From: an uncultured delta proteobacterium
GTDB lineage: Bacteria; Desulfobacterota; Binatia; Binatales; Binataceae
Length of the DNA: 64,000 nt
Assembly (NCBI GenBank): GCA_963724765.1
Contig: CAVRVY010000004.1
Span: forward strand, 1,024,001-1,088,000
Reading direction: 5' to 3'
The notes beneath the pieces were generated by a model, which was not told where the DNA came from, ran no database searches, and worked only from the letters and a program-made list of their open reading frames with translations. Both the position numbers and the translations under genes were made by a program. This document shows, one piece after another, positions 30,465 to 39,938 of this stretch (positions within the stretch are counted from its first letter, which is position 1; each line of letters opens with the position of its first letter).

Positions 30465-31298
30465 TCAGGCCGTGAACTCGACCACCGCCGCTCCGCTGCC
30501 CCAAATCGAGCCGTAGCCGAGCACCTTGCCTTTGACCTTGCTCGTGACGCGTCCGGAACCGATCGCGCCCATAAGCCAGTAATAACTCTTGAATTGCATA
30601 TCGGCGCCGGTCTTTGCCGCATACTCGGGCACCAGGTCCATCGCGTCCATGGCTTTTCCGGCGGCTATCAGATCGAGCAGCTTGCGGTTTCCGGCATCGT
30701 CCTCTTCGTTGACAATCCGATCTTCGTCGTCGGAAATCTCGCGCGTGAAATAATGGCCCGAAAGGCCGGTCGACGCGACCACTACGGCGCGCCGGCCGAG
30801 CGCGCACACCGCGTCGGCGGCGGCTTGACCGAGCTTCAATTCCTCGTCGCGTCCCGAATAGATGTTGCATGAGATACAGACGACGGGGATTTCATTTTTC
30901 GGATTGAGAAAGTTAAGCGCCACCAGCGTTCCGGTGTCCACCGGGAAACCTTCGTAGTCCACCGGACGCACCTGGAGGCCGGCGGCCATGCCGAGATCGA
31001 TCGTCCTGCGCGCGAGTTCGAGATCAGTGCGAAAGTCGTACGGCAAGTTGCCGAGGTCGTACCAGTTCTCATCGACGTGCAGCCCCGTCGGATTCGGGCG
31101 CGCCTGCACCAGGTGGCCGAGCACGGAAACCCACTGCGTACTGAAGATGACCAGCACGTCGGGCCGCGCCTCCTGTGCGTTGGCGCCGGCCACACGGCAG
31201 GCGTCGCGTAACTCGCGGCGGGCCGCCGACTCGGTCGGCAGCATCACGTGCGGCAGGCCCGGCATTATGTAGCCCTTGACGATTTGGCCCTCAGGCAT
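30465..31298 (-). CDS. amnA: 2-aminophenol 1,6-dioxygenase alpha subunit (AmnA/CnbCa-like)
   Basis: STQW, GLHVDENWYDLG, YEGFPVDTGT, EDRIVNEEDD, VLGYGSIWGSGAAVVEF, as recalled for AmnA/CnbCa. Overlaps the amnB stop. Confidence 0.85.
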   Translation of the reverse strand: MPEGQIVKGYIMPGLPHVMLPTESAARRELRDACRVAGANAQEARPDVLVIFSTQWVSVLGHLVQARPNPTGLHVDENWYDLGNLPYDFRTDLELARRTIDLGMAAGLQVRPVDYEGFPVDTGTLVALNFLNPKNEIPVVCISCNIYSGRDEELKLGQAAADAVCALGRRAVVVASTGLSGHYFTREISDDEDRIVNEEDDAGNRKLLDLIAAGKAMDAMDLVPEYAAKTGADMQFKSYYWLMGAIGSGRVTSKVKGKVLGYGSIWGSGAAVVEFTA

Positions 31299-32217
31299 GG
31301 GCGTCTGCTCCGCTATCGTTGGGCTGCGCCGAGAGGTCCCATTCGACCACCGCGTTGCCGGTCGCGATCACACTCCAGTAGCCGTGCACGCGCGCCGGGA
31401 TCTTCGGAAAACCCATCGCCGCGAGCATCCAGAACAGTCCTCCTGACTTGACCTCGGCGCCGGTCTTCTCGATGAACTCGGGCAGCACGCTGAGCAGCTC
31501 GTCCATCCTGCCCTCGCGCATCAGGCGCAGCACGCGCATGTCCCATAAATAGTTGTCGTGACTGAAGACGTGCTCCTTGCTCATGTCCTCCGGCAGGTTC
31601 GGATCGGGTTCACGATCGAAATGAAAATGCGAGAGCGTATTGCTCGCGGCCAGCACTGCCCGCCGGCCGGTCTTCTCGATCGCGCGGCGCGTTGCGCGCC
31701 CCAGCTTGTACATCTCCTCGATCCCGACGCCGAGCGAGAAGTAGTAGGGCGAATTGTTCGCCGAGAGGCTCAGAATAGGTATATCCCAGCCGGGATTGAG
31801 CATATGAGAAGTGACTATCGTGCCGTAGTCGAGGCGGAAGTTCGGATTGGTCATCTTGCGCGCGATGAGGCCCTCGGCGCGCGCCTCATCGTAAACCGCG
31901 TCGGCCAGCTCGACGTCGATCGCGGTGTCGAAGTTGTAGCGAAAGAGATGCGGAAAGATGGGATCGACCGAGAGGCCCTTAAGCCGCGGCACGCGGGTGA
32001 CGTGATGGCCGACCAGCGTCATCCAGTGCGGCGTATGCACGATAATCACGTCGGGTTTGAGCTGTTTGATCTTTTCGCGGCAGTTGTCGTAGGCCCAGCG
32101 CAGAACCTCCCATCCGCCGCTCGAGCGCGGGATGTTCTGCGGCGGATTTTCGCCGTAGACCAGGTGCGGGGGATGGGGTGCGATAAAGCCACAGACGATC
32201 GATCCTTTGCGAGCCAT
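31291..32217 (-). CDS. amnB: 2-aminophenol 1,6-dioxygenase beta (catalytic) subunit (AmnB/CnbCb-like)
   Basis: APHPPHLVYGENPPQN, GGWEVLRWAY, HTPHW, SVDPIFP, DYGT, SANNSPYY, ASNTLSH, AEVKSG. ATG 32217 has an RBS. Confidence 0.9.
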   Translation of the reverse strand: MARKGSIVCGFIAPHPPHLVYGENPPQNIPRSSGGWEVLRWAYDNCREKIKQLKPDVIIVHTPHWMTLVGHHVTRVPRLKGLSVDPIFPHLFRYNFDTAIDVELADAVYDEARAEGLIARKMTNPNFRLDYGTIVTSHMLNPGWDIPILSLSANNSPYYFSLGVGIEEMYKLGRATRRAIEKTGRRAVLAASNTLSHFHFDREPDPNLPEDMSKEHVFSHDNYLWDMRVLRLMREGRMDELLSVLPEFIEKTGAEVKSGGLFWMLAAMGFPKIPARVHGYWSVIATGNAVVEWDLSAQPNDSGADAHA

Positions 32218-32428
32218 GCTCCAGATGCCCTCCGATCGGTTTTGCCGCCACCCGCCGTGAGTTTTAACTCCGACGAACTCGGGCAGCGGCGAGTTTACTC
32301 TCACTCGGTCTTATCTTGGAAACACTCCGAACTCGCACCGCCGCACCGCTCCAATGCCTCCGCACCCTACCCTCTCCCCCCCCCTGGAAGGCTATGGGGC
32401 GACTGAGTAATCTCATGAACGGTCGGGT

Positions 32429-33649
32429 TCAATAGATCACCTTCGACTCTATCAGCGCGGCGATCTCTTCCTTCGTGAGGCCTAGGATGCCGTTGAAAAC
32501 CTCGAAGTTGTGCTGTCCCAGGTCCGGTGGCGGGCTGTAGTTGAAGCGAGGAACGTTCCCGAGCCTGGCCGGAATTCCCGGCATCACGCGTTTACCGACC
32601 GTGTGATGGTCGAGTTCCCACCAGTAGCCCCATTCCCATAGATGGCGGTCCTGATGAATCTCCACGCTGTCGAGCACCGGTCCGGCCGGCACGCCGGCGC
32701 GCTGAAGACGCTCGGCCAGCTCGATATGCTGATGGTTGCGCGTCCACTGGCCCAAATGTGCGTCGAGCGCGTCGTTATTTTGCCAGCGCGCGACCTGATC
32801 GGCGAACTTCGTCTCGCGAGCCCACGCGGGATTACCCATTACTTCACACAGCGCGCGCCATTCGGTGTCATTGCCTACCGCAATGGCTATCCACTTGTCA
32901 TCTCCCGCACAGGGGTAGGTATTGTGCGGCGCCATCACGTCGTCGCGGTTGGCCCATTGCCGGCGGTCGCGCCCGTTCATGAAGTAGTCCATGTACCACT
33001 CGGGAGTTTCGCCGATTACGGTCTCGCCCATGCTCGCGTCGAGCCACTGGCCCTCGCCGGTGCGATCGCGATGGCGCAGCGCGGCGAGCAGGTGAAACAC
33101 CACCGCGGTGCCGATCGCGTAGTCGGGCCAGGTGCCGCCGGTATGGCGTGGCGCTCCGCCGGGATAGCCCTGCGCGTCGAAAGTGCCGATGAACGAGCAT
33201 GCCATCGGACCCCATCCGACCCAATCGGCCGGTTCGGTTCCGGTTTTGCCGAGCAGCGAGACTGAAATCAGTATGATGTCGCGTTTGACCGCGCGCAGCT
33301 CCTCGTAACTGAGCCCGAGCCGGCGCGAGAGCGGCGCCGGGTAGCACTCCAGCACGAAGTCGCTCTGCTTGACGAGTTCGTGGGCGAGTTCCTTGCCGCG
33401 CGGCGTCTTGACGTTGAGGTTGATCGATTTCTTGCCGTAGTTGAGCGTGTGGTAGCCGCCGTTGTTGTTCACGCCGGAGAGGCCCGCGGCCATAAAGGCG
33501 GGATTGAGCCGCGAAAAATCGAGATAGACCTGCGATTCGATCTTGATGACCTCGGCGCCCATCGCCGCGAGCCACAAGCCGATTTGCGGCCCGTTGATGA
33601 TTCAGCTGAAGTCAGTGACCCGGATTCCTTCAAGCGGCAGACGCGCCAT
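32429..33649 (-). pseudogene. Family III CoA-transferase (CaiB/BbsF-like) with an in-frame TGA at codon 16
   Basis: ATG 33649 MARLPLEGIRVTDFS-TGA-IINGPQIGLWLAAMGAEVIKIE, then a full-length frame containing WPDY and RDRTGEGQ. Confidence 0.8.
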
Positions 33650-33667
33650 CGCTCTTTCCTCCCCGAG

Positions 33668-34879
33668 TCAAATCACGCCGGCGGCGCGAAGTCCCGCGAG
33701 TTCCTCGCGCGAGTATCCGAGCCGCCCACACAGGATCTCTTCGTTATGCTCGCCCAGCAGTGGCGCACGGCGGGCGACGGGTGGCGTCGCGGTCAATCGC
33801 ACCAGCGGTCCCGGATAGCGGAAACGGCCGGCGACTGGATGGTCGATCTCGACGAAGGCGTTGCGCGCGCGCAGATGCGGATGCTCGGCGGCCTGCGCGA
33901 CGGTCAACACGGGGCCTATCGGCAGTCCGATTTTCTGCCCCTCGCGCACCAGCCAATCCATGTCGTGTTTGAGAAGCTCCCGCTGGATCAGCGGCCGCAC
34001 CACGTCGTCGTACTCGGCGCGCTGGGCGGTGTTCTTGAACAGGTCGGCTTCCAGCGCCTCGGGATGGCCGAGCAGTTCCTTGAGCGCCTCGAAATGCGAG
34101 TCCACCACCCACAGCACGTAAACGTACCCGTCGCGGCATTGCGACGGCTCCAGTCCGGCCTTGGCATTGGCGCGCAACCGGCTGTATGGCATCCCGGCAT
34201 AGCTGTAGACGATCATTTCGATCTTCGCGGTGTTGACCACCGCCTGCCAGCACGCGACGTCGACCCATTGCCCGGCGCCGGTGGCCTCGCGATGGAACAG
34301 CGCCATCATCGTCGCCGCCGCCGCGGTCGTCGCCCCCATCATGTCGGCCTGGCGGCCGGGCGCGCGCAGCGGATTCTCGCGCGCCGAATCGTTGATCAGC
34401 GTCGGCGTGTTGTAACCGGTCAGGCTCATCGCCCATTCGATAAGGTCCGAGCCCTTCCATCCGGCATACGGGCCGCTTTGGCCGAACGGCGTCACCGAGG
34501 TGACGATCAACCGCGGGTTGAGCGCGTGGAGGACTTCGTAGCCGAATCCGAGGCTTTCCATGTGGCCAGGCGGATGGTTTTCGATCAGGATGTCGGCGTC
34601 GCGCACCAGGCGCTCGAAGATTTCCGGGCCGCGCGCCGTCGCGGGATCGAGTGTCACACTTTTCTTGCTGGTGTTGAGGTAAAGAAAAAGTCCGCTCTTC
34701 TCCGGATGCGGAATATCGGCGGGGAACGGCGGATGGCTGCGCGCCTCGTCGCCCAAGCCGGGCGGCTCGATCTTGATGATCTCGGCGCCCATGTCGGCGA
34801 ACAGTTTGCCGCACATTGGCCCCGAGACCATCGTGGCGTATTCGACGACCTTGAGATCATCCAGCGCAGCGGCAGCCAA
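33668..34879 (-). CDS. Family III CoA-transferase (CaiB/BbsE-like)
   Basis: LDDLKVVE, GPMCGKLFADMGAEIIKIEPPG, YLNTSKKSVTLD, PFGQSGPY, APLLGEHN. Confidence 0.9.
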   Translation of the reverse strand: MAAAALDDLKVVEYATMVSGPMCGKLFADMGAEIIKIEPPGLGDEARSHPPFPADIPHPEKSGLFLYLNTSKKSVTLDPATARGPEIFERLVRDADILIENHPPGHMESLGFGYEVLHALNPRLIVTSVTPFGQSGPYAGWKGSDLIEWAMSLTGYNTPTLINDSARENPLRAPGRQADMMGATTAAAATMMALFHREATGAGQWVDVACWQAVVNTAKIEMIVYSYAGMPYSRLRANAKAGLEPSQCRDGYVYVLWVVDSHFEALKELLGHPEALEADLFKNTAQRAEYDDVVRPLIQRELLKHDMDWLVREGQKIGLPIGPVLTVAQAAEHPHLRARNAFVEIDHPVAGRFRYPGPLVRLTATPPVARRAPLLGEHNEEILCGRLGYSREELAGLRAAGVI

Positions 34880-34979
34880 TTTCGTCGTCTCCCGGATTCA
34901 TCGCTTCAAAGGTTCGGCGTACTCAACGATACAGGTTGAGCTGACCGCGCCATAGCGAATTCGCGGAGAAACACCGCGC

Positions 34980-35714
34980 TCAGTGCGGAACCGAAGCCGG
35001 CGCTCCATGAATTGTATCGTCGGGCGTCGACGCGTGCGGCGGCTGCCCGGTCGTCGGCGGCGCCTTCGTAAACATCAGGCAATAGCTGGAGAGGAACGAA
35101 CTGCCCGGCCACGGATCATCCATGCTCATGTACTCGAAACCCGCGTGCTTGAGTTCATCCGCTACAATCATCGGGTCGATGCCGTGGCCTTCACGGTTCG
35201 GCGGCAGACCCTTGGGCGTCCACGGCCACGTAAGAATGCTGGGGCGAAAATCCAGCACCGCCAGTTGGCCACCCGAACGCAAGGCCTGGTAGAGACTGCG
35301 GTCGGTATCGGTGGGGTCGGTCAGGTGATGGTAGACGCGGCGGAGTATGATCGCGTCGCAGCAATTGGCTGGCAATCCGCTATCGCTCGCACTGGCCTGC
35401 ACCACCGTGACGTTGGCCAAATGCGCCGCCGCGACCGCGCTCCGGATTCTGCCCAGCTCCCGCGGATCGATCTCGGTAGAAAAGACGTGCCCCTTGGGTC
35501 CTACGAGCCCGCCCATGATCACCGTCATCCAGCCCGAGCCCGCGCCCACATCCGCCACCACCATCCCGGGCTTTATCTGGAGAATCGCGGCGAGACGGTC
35601 TGCGTCCGCCTGCTTGTGCGAGCAGCCTGTCAGAGCGAACGTCGCGATCAGCATCAAAGCCAGCACCAGGGAGCGCGCGCGATTGAGGAGAGGGAGCATG
35701 CGCCGGCTGTTCAT
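34980..35714 (-). CDS. Class I SAM-dependent methyltransferase with lipoprotein signal
   Basis: GAGGGG RBS before ATG 35714; LIATFALTGC lipobox; VADVGAGSG, EID, VYHHL. Confidence 0.8.
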   Translation of the reverse strand: MNSRRMLPLLNRARSLVLALMLIATFALTGCSHKQADADRLAAILQIKPGMVVADVGAGSGWMTVIMGGLVGPKGHVFSTEIDPRELGRIRSAVAAAHLANVTVVQASASDSGLPANCCDAIILRRVYHHLTDPTDTDRSLYQALRSGGQLAVLDFRPSILTWPWTPKGLPPNREGHGIDPMIVADELKHAGFEYMSMDDPWPGSSFLSSYCLMFTKAPPTTGQPPHASTPDDTIHGAPASVPH

Positions 35715-35898
35715 CGAAGATCCCCTCATGCTTTCCATCTCGTCACTAATTCTAGTCGCGGATGAAGTTCGCGCCAGGGCGTTCATCCTCGCCGTCTCGC
35801 GCGCACCCGCCATCGCGGCGCACCGCTTATGACTTGTCGTCGCGCCGCAAATGCCGATAGATACGATGACTAAATTCGTACGCCAAACGGAGCAAGCA

Positions 35899-36705
35899 AT
35901 GCCAGTGTTATTATTTGAAGTCCGCGACCACATCGCCTATCTGACCATCAATCGCCCCGAGGTGCACAACGCGATGAACCCGGAGGTTGTGGTGCGCTTG
36001 GCCGAAGCATGGCAGCGCGTGGCCGACGATGACGACGTGCGCGCCGCGATCATCACCGGCGCAGGCGACAAAGCCTTCTCGGCCGGCGCCGATCTGGCGC
36101 GGATGATTCCGCTGATGACCGGCGCACGCCAGCCCGAAGATGAGTGGGACCACAAGATCAAGGAGAACCCGAAGCTCGGCGCGATGGCGCTGCTGCGCGG
36201 ATGGAACCTGTACAAACCCGTGATCGCGGCGGTCAACGGATTCTGCATCGCGGGCGGGCTCGAGCTGATGCAGGCGACGGATCTGCGCGTGGCGGCCGAA
36301 TCGGCGAGCTTCGCCCTGCAGGAGGTCAAGTGGGCGATCATCCCGGCCGGCGGCTCGCTGGTGCGGCTGGTGCGCCAGATGCCGTACTGCAAGGCGATGG
36401 AGATTCTGCTGACCGGCAACCGCATCCCGGCCGCCGAGGCGTGGCGGCTGGGGCTCATCAACTACGTGGCGGCGCAACGCGACGTGATGGCGAAAGCGGA
36501 AGAGCTGGCGCACGCGATTGCGGAAAACGGCCCGCTCGCGGTGCGTGCGATCAAGGAGACGGTTGAGAAATGTTCAGGGCTGCCGTTCGAGGCCGCGTTC
36601 AAGATCGAGAACGAGGCCCAGCGCTTCATCCGCAAGACCGAGGACGCGCGCGAAGGCCCGCGCGCATTCATCGAAAAGCGCAAGCCGAACTACAAGGGTA
36701 GGTAG
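35899..36705 (+). CDS. Enoyl-CoA hydratase/isomerase
   Basis: Motifs INRPEVHNA, AFSAGADL, KPVIAAVNGFCIAGG, DAREGPRAFIEKR. Confidence 0.9.
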   Translation: MPVLLFEVRDHIAYLTINRPEVHNAMNPEVVVRLAEAWQRVADDDDVRAAIITGAGDKAFSAGADLARMIPLMTGARQPEDEWDHKIKENPKLGAMALLRGWNLYKPVIAAVNGFCIAGGLELMQATDLRVAAESASFALQEVKWAIIPAGGSLVRLVRQMPYCKAMEILLTGNRIPAAEAWRLGLINYVAAQRDVMAKAEELAHAIAENGPLAVRAIKETVEKCSGLPFEAAFKIENEAQRFIRKTEDAREGPRAFIEKRKPNYKGR

Positions 36706-36724
36706 AAAAAGCCGGCGCCGCACG

Positions 36725-39700
36725 TCAGCCGCCGCCGGCGGCGCGCTCGCTATCGGAGACCGGGGCACTCGCCGGCCGCGGGGCTGCCGGTTGCGGCTTC
36801 CTTGCGGACAATCGATGCGAGAGCCGCTCGACGACGACGAAGAGCACGGGGACCAGGAAGATGGCAAAGCCGCTGGAGAACGCCATCCCGACGATCGTGA
36901 CCGTGCCGATCAGCCGGCGGGCCACCGCACCCGCTCCCAGAGCGGTCCATAGCGGAAGCAGGCCGAAGATAAATGCGAACGAGGTCATCAGAATCGGCCG
37001 CAGGCGCTGGCGCGCTCCGTTCAGCGCAGCCGTGACGATCGCCTGGCCCTGCTCGAGCTCGGCCTTGGCGAACTCCACGATCAGGATCGCATTCTTCGCC
37101 GAAAGCCCGATCAACATGATGAGGCCGATCTGCGCGTAGATATCGTTGTCGAAGCGGCGTGACCATAGGCCAAAGAACGCGCCGCAGACCGCCACCGGCA
37201 CGCTGAGCAGCACGCTGAACGGCAGCGACCAGCTTTCGTACAGCGCCGCGAGAATCAGAAACACCAGGATCAGCGAGAGTGCGAACACTCCCGCGCCGCC
37301 GCCCGCCACCGATTGCTGGTACGAGATCCCATTCCACGCATAGCCCATGTCACGCGGCAGCACTTTATCGGCAACCGCAGCGACCGCGCTCATCGCGTCG
37401 CCCGTGCTGAAGGAGGGTGCGGGAAGGGCGAAAATTTCGATGCTGCGGTATTCGTTGAAGCGCGTGGTGAATTCCGGGCCGAACGTCCGCTGCATGTTGA
37501 CCAGCGTCGAAAGCGGGACCATCGTGCCCGCGCTATTGCGGACATAGAACTGTCCGACTTCCGTCGCCCTGGTCCGGTACTGCGGTTCCGCCTCTACGAA
37601 AACCTTCCACACTCGTCCGAAGCGATTGAACTGGTTCACGTAGTAACCGCCGAGCAGGGTCTGCAGCGCGCGATAAACCTCGTCGATCGAAATCCCGAGC
37701 TTGAACACCTTGTCCTTGTCCACCGCCGCGAATAGCTGCGGGACCGAAGGACTGAAGGTGAAGCGCAGGCCCGCCATTTCGGGCCGCTTGTGCGCGGCGG
37801 CGAGAAACTTCTGCGTGTTCTGCCACAGATAATCGACGTCGTGGCCGCCCCGGTCCTGGATGAAGAAATCGATGCCGCTCGCCTGACCGATTCCGGGGAT
37901 CGCGGGCGGCAGGAACGCGAAGACCTGCGCGTCCAACAGCCCGGCGAGCTTGCGGTTCACCGAAGCAACGATCGACATGGCCTCCAGCGCGGGTATCCTG
38001 CGTTCCGGATACGGTTTCAGCAGACAGAAATAGACTCCGTTTCGAGGACTGGTCGTTTGCGACAGGATGCTGAAGCCGGCGATGCCGTTGCTATAGAGAA
38101 CTCCCGGCTCATGCTTCAGGATCTCGTCGATCTTGCGCATCACCGCGACCGTCCGCTGCAGCGAGGCGGCTTCCGGCAGCTCGACGTTGATTATGAAGTA
38201 GCCCTGGTCCTCGTCCGGCAGGAACGATTGGGGCAGAATCTTCCCGATCCCTCCCGCCAGGATCGCGAACCCGACCAGCAGCGCGAGCGCCAGCACGAAT
38301 TTCCGGATGAGCAGGGAGGAGATGCTGACGTAGCCCCTGGTCACCCACGCGAAACCCGTGTTGAAGAGCGCGAAGACTCGCGCGAGCGGACCCTTGCGCC
38401 CGGTCTCGGCTCTTTTCGGCCGCAGCAACAGCGCGCCCAGGGCGGGGCTCAGGGTGAGCGCGTTGAAGGCTGAGATGATGACCGAGAACGCGATCGTCAG
38501 CGCAAACTGCCGGTAGAGCGAGCCCGTTATTCCCGCCATAAATGCGGTCGGGATGAAGACAGCGGACAGCACCAGCGCAATTCCGACCAGCGCTCCGCCG
38601 ACCTCGTCCATCGCTTCGAGCGCCGCGTCGCGCGGCGACTGCCCCTGCTCGATTTTCGCCGTAATCGCCTCGACCACGACGATCGCGTCGTCGACCACCA
38701 GTCCGACGGCCAGCACCAGCCCCAGGAGCGAGAGCGTGTTGACCGAGAATCCGACCGCCGGAAAAAACATGAAAGCGCCCACCAGCGATACCGGGATGGT
38801 GAGAATCGGGATCAGCGTCGCCCGCCAGCTCTGCAAGAAGATGAACACCACCAGCACGACCAGGCCGATCGCCTCGAGCAGCGTTTTCACAATTTCCCAG
38901 GCGCCCTCGGTCACCGGGACGGTGGTGTCGAGCGTCAGCGTCACCTGCATATCCTGGGGGAAGCGTTTGGCGAGATCGCTCATCCTGGCCTTGGCTCGAT
39001 TCGCGGCTTCGAGCGCGTTGGACCCGGGGTTCTGATAGAGAATGAGCAGCGAGCTCGGCGCACCGTTCATGTACGCCTGTTGATCGTAGCTCTCGGCGCC
39101 GAGTTGGATCCGCGCGACGTCCTTGAGCCGCACCAGCGAGCCGTCGGGGTTCGCGCGCAGGATGATGTTGCCGAACTCCTCGGCGCTGAGCAGGCGGCCC
39201 TGCGCGCGCACCGTATAAGTGAGCTGCTGGCCCGGCGGCGCCGGCTCACCTCCGATCGTACCCGCGGGATTCACGACATTCTGAGCCGAGATCGCGTTGA
39301 CGATATCGTTCACGGTCAGCTGGAGCTTGGCGAGCGTGTCCGGCGTTACCCAAACCCGCATCGCGTAGTTCGCGGCGCCGAAGACCTTGACTTGGCCGAT
39401 GCCCGGGATGCGCGCGAGCTCATCCTCGATATTGATCGCGGTGTAGTTGGCAAGAAAAGTCTGGTCCCAGGTCCGATGCGGCGAGGTGATCGCGAAGACC
39501 AGCAGCGGAAGTCCGACCGTCTGCTGGGTCGTGAGGCCGTAGTTGCTCACCGCGGCGGGCAGGCTGGAGAGCGCCTGGGAGAGCCGGTTTTGGACCTGCA
39601 CTTGGTCGAGGTCGACGTCGGTGCCGACCTCGAAGTTGGCTTGCAGCGTCATCGTGCCATCGTCGCCGTTGATCGACTGCATGTAGATCATGTTCTTCGC

Positions 39701-39913
39701 GCCGTTGACCTGCTCCTCGATAGGAGTGGCGACCGACTGTTCAACGGTGAGCGCGTCCGCGCCGGTATAGACCGCCGTGGTCTGGATATCGGGAGGTACG
39801 ATTTCGGGGAACTGCGCGACCGGCAGCCGGAAAACCATGACGGCGCCGGCGATCACAAAAAAAATAGCGATAACCATCGCCACGATTGGCCGGTTGATGA
39901 AAAACTTCGACAT
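36725..39913 (-). CDS. RND efflux permease (HAE1/AcrB family)
   Basis: MSKFFINRPIVA, LPVAQFPEI, GLVVDDAIVVVE, KNAILIVEFA, RLRPILMTS. Confidence 0.95.
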   Translation of the reverse strand: MSKFFINRPIVAMVIAIFFVIAGAVMVFRLPVAQFPEIVPPDIQTTAVYTGADALTVEQSVATPIEEQVNGAKNMIYMQSINGDDGTMTLQANFEVGTDVDLDQVQVQNRLSQALSSLPAAVSNYGLTTQQTVGLPLLVFAITSPHRTWDQTFLANYTAINIEDELARIPGIGQVKVFGAANYAMRVWVTPDTLAKLQLTVNDIVNAISAQNVVNPAGTIGGEPAPPGQQLTYTVRAQGRLLSAEEFGNIILRANPDGSLVRLKDVARIQLGAESYDQQAYMNGAPSSLLILYQNPGSNALEAANRAKARMSDLAKRFPQDMQVTLTLDTTVPVTEGAWEIVKTLLEAIGLVVLVVFIFLQSWRATLIPILTIPVSLVGAFMFFPAVGFSVNTLSLLGLVLAVGLVVDDAIVVVEAITAKIEQGQSPRDAALEAMDEVGGALVGIALVLSAVFIPTAFMAGITGSLYRQFALTIAFSVIISAFNALTLSPALGALLLRPKRAETGRKGPLARVFALFNTGFAWVTRGYVSISSLLIRKFVLALALLVGFAILAGGIGKILPQSFLPDEDQGYFIINVELPEAASLQRTVAVMRKIDEILKHEPGVLYSNGIAGFSILSQTTSPRNGVYFCLLKPYPERRIPALEAMSIVASVNRKLAGLLDAQVFAFLPPAIPGIGQASGIDFFIQDRGGHDVDYLWQNTQKFLAAAHKRPEMAGLRFTFSPSVPQLFAAVDKDKVFKLGISIDEVYRALQTLLGGYYVNQFNRFGRVWKVFVEAEPQYRTRATEVGQFYVRNSAGTMVPLSTLVNMQRTFGPEFTTRFNEYRSIEIFALPAPSFSTGDAMSAVAAVADKVLPRDMGYAWNGISYQQSVAGGGAGVFALSLILVFLILAALYESWSLPFSVLLSVPVAVCGAFFGLWSRRFDNDIYAQIGLIMLIGLSAKNAILIVEFAKAELEQGQAIVTAALNGARQRLRPILMTSFAFIFGLLPLWTALGAGAVARRLIGTVTIVGMAFSSGFAIFLVPVLFVVVERLSHRLSARKPQPAAPRPASAPVSDSERAAGGG

Positions 39914-39938
39914 CGCTTCCAGGCCTGGCCCGCCGCGC

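Noticed and set aside
33560-33604. Selenocysteine or genetic-code reassignment for the in-frame TGA
   Set aside because: A 9-bp stem follows the TGA, but the aligned residue is Trp rather than Cys and the loop is not SECIS-like. Many genes here end in TGA, so the standard code applies.
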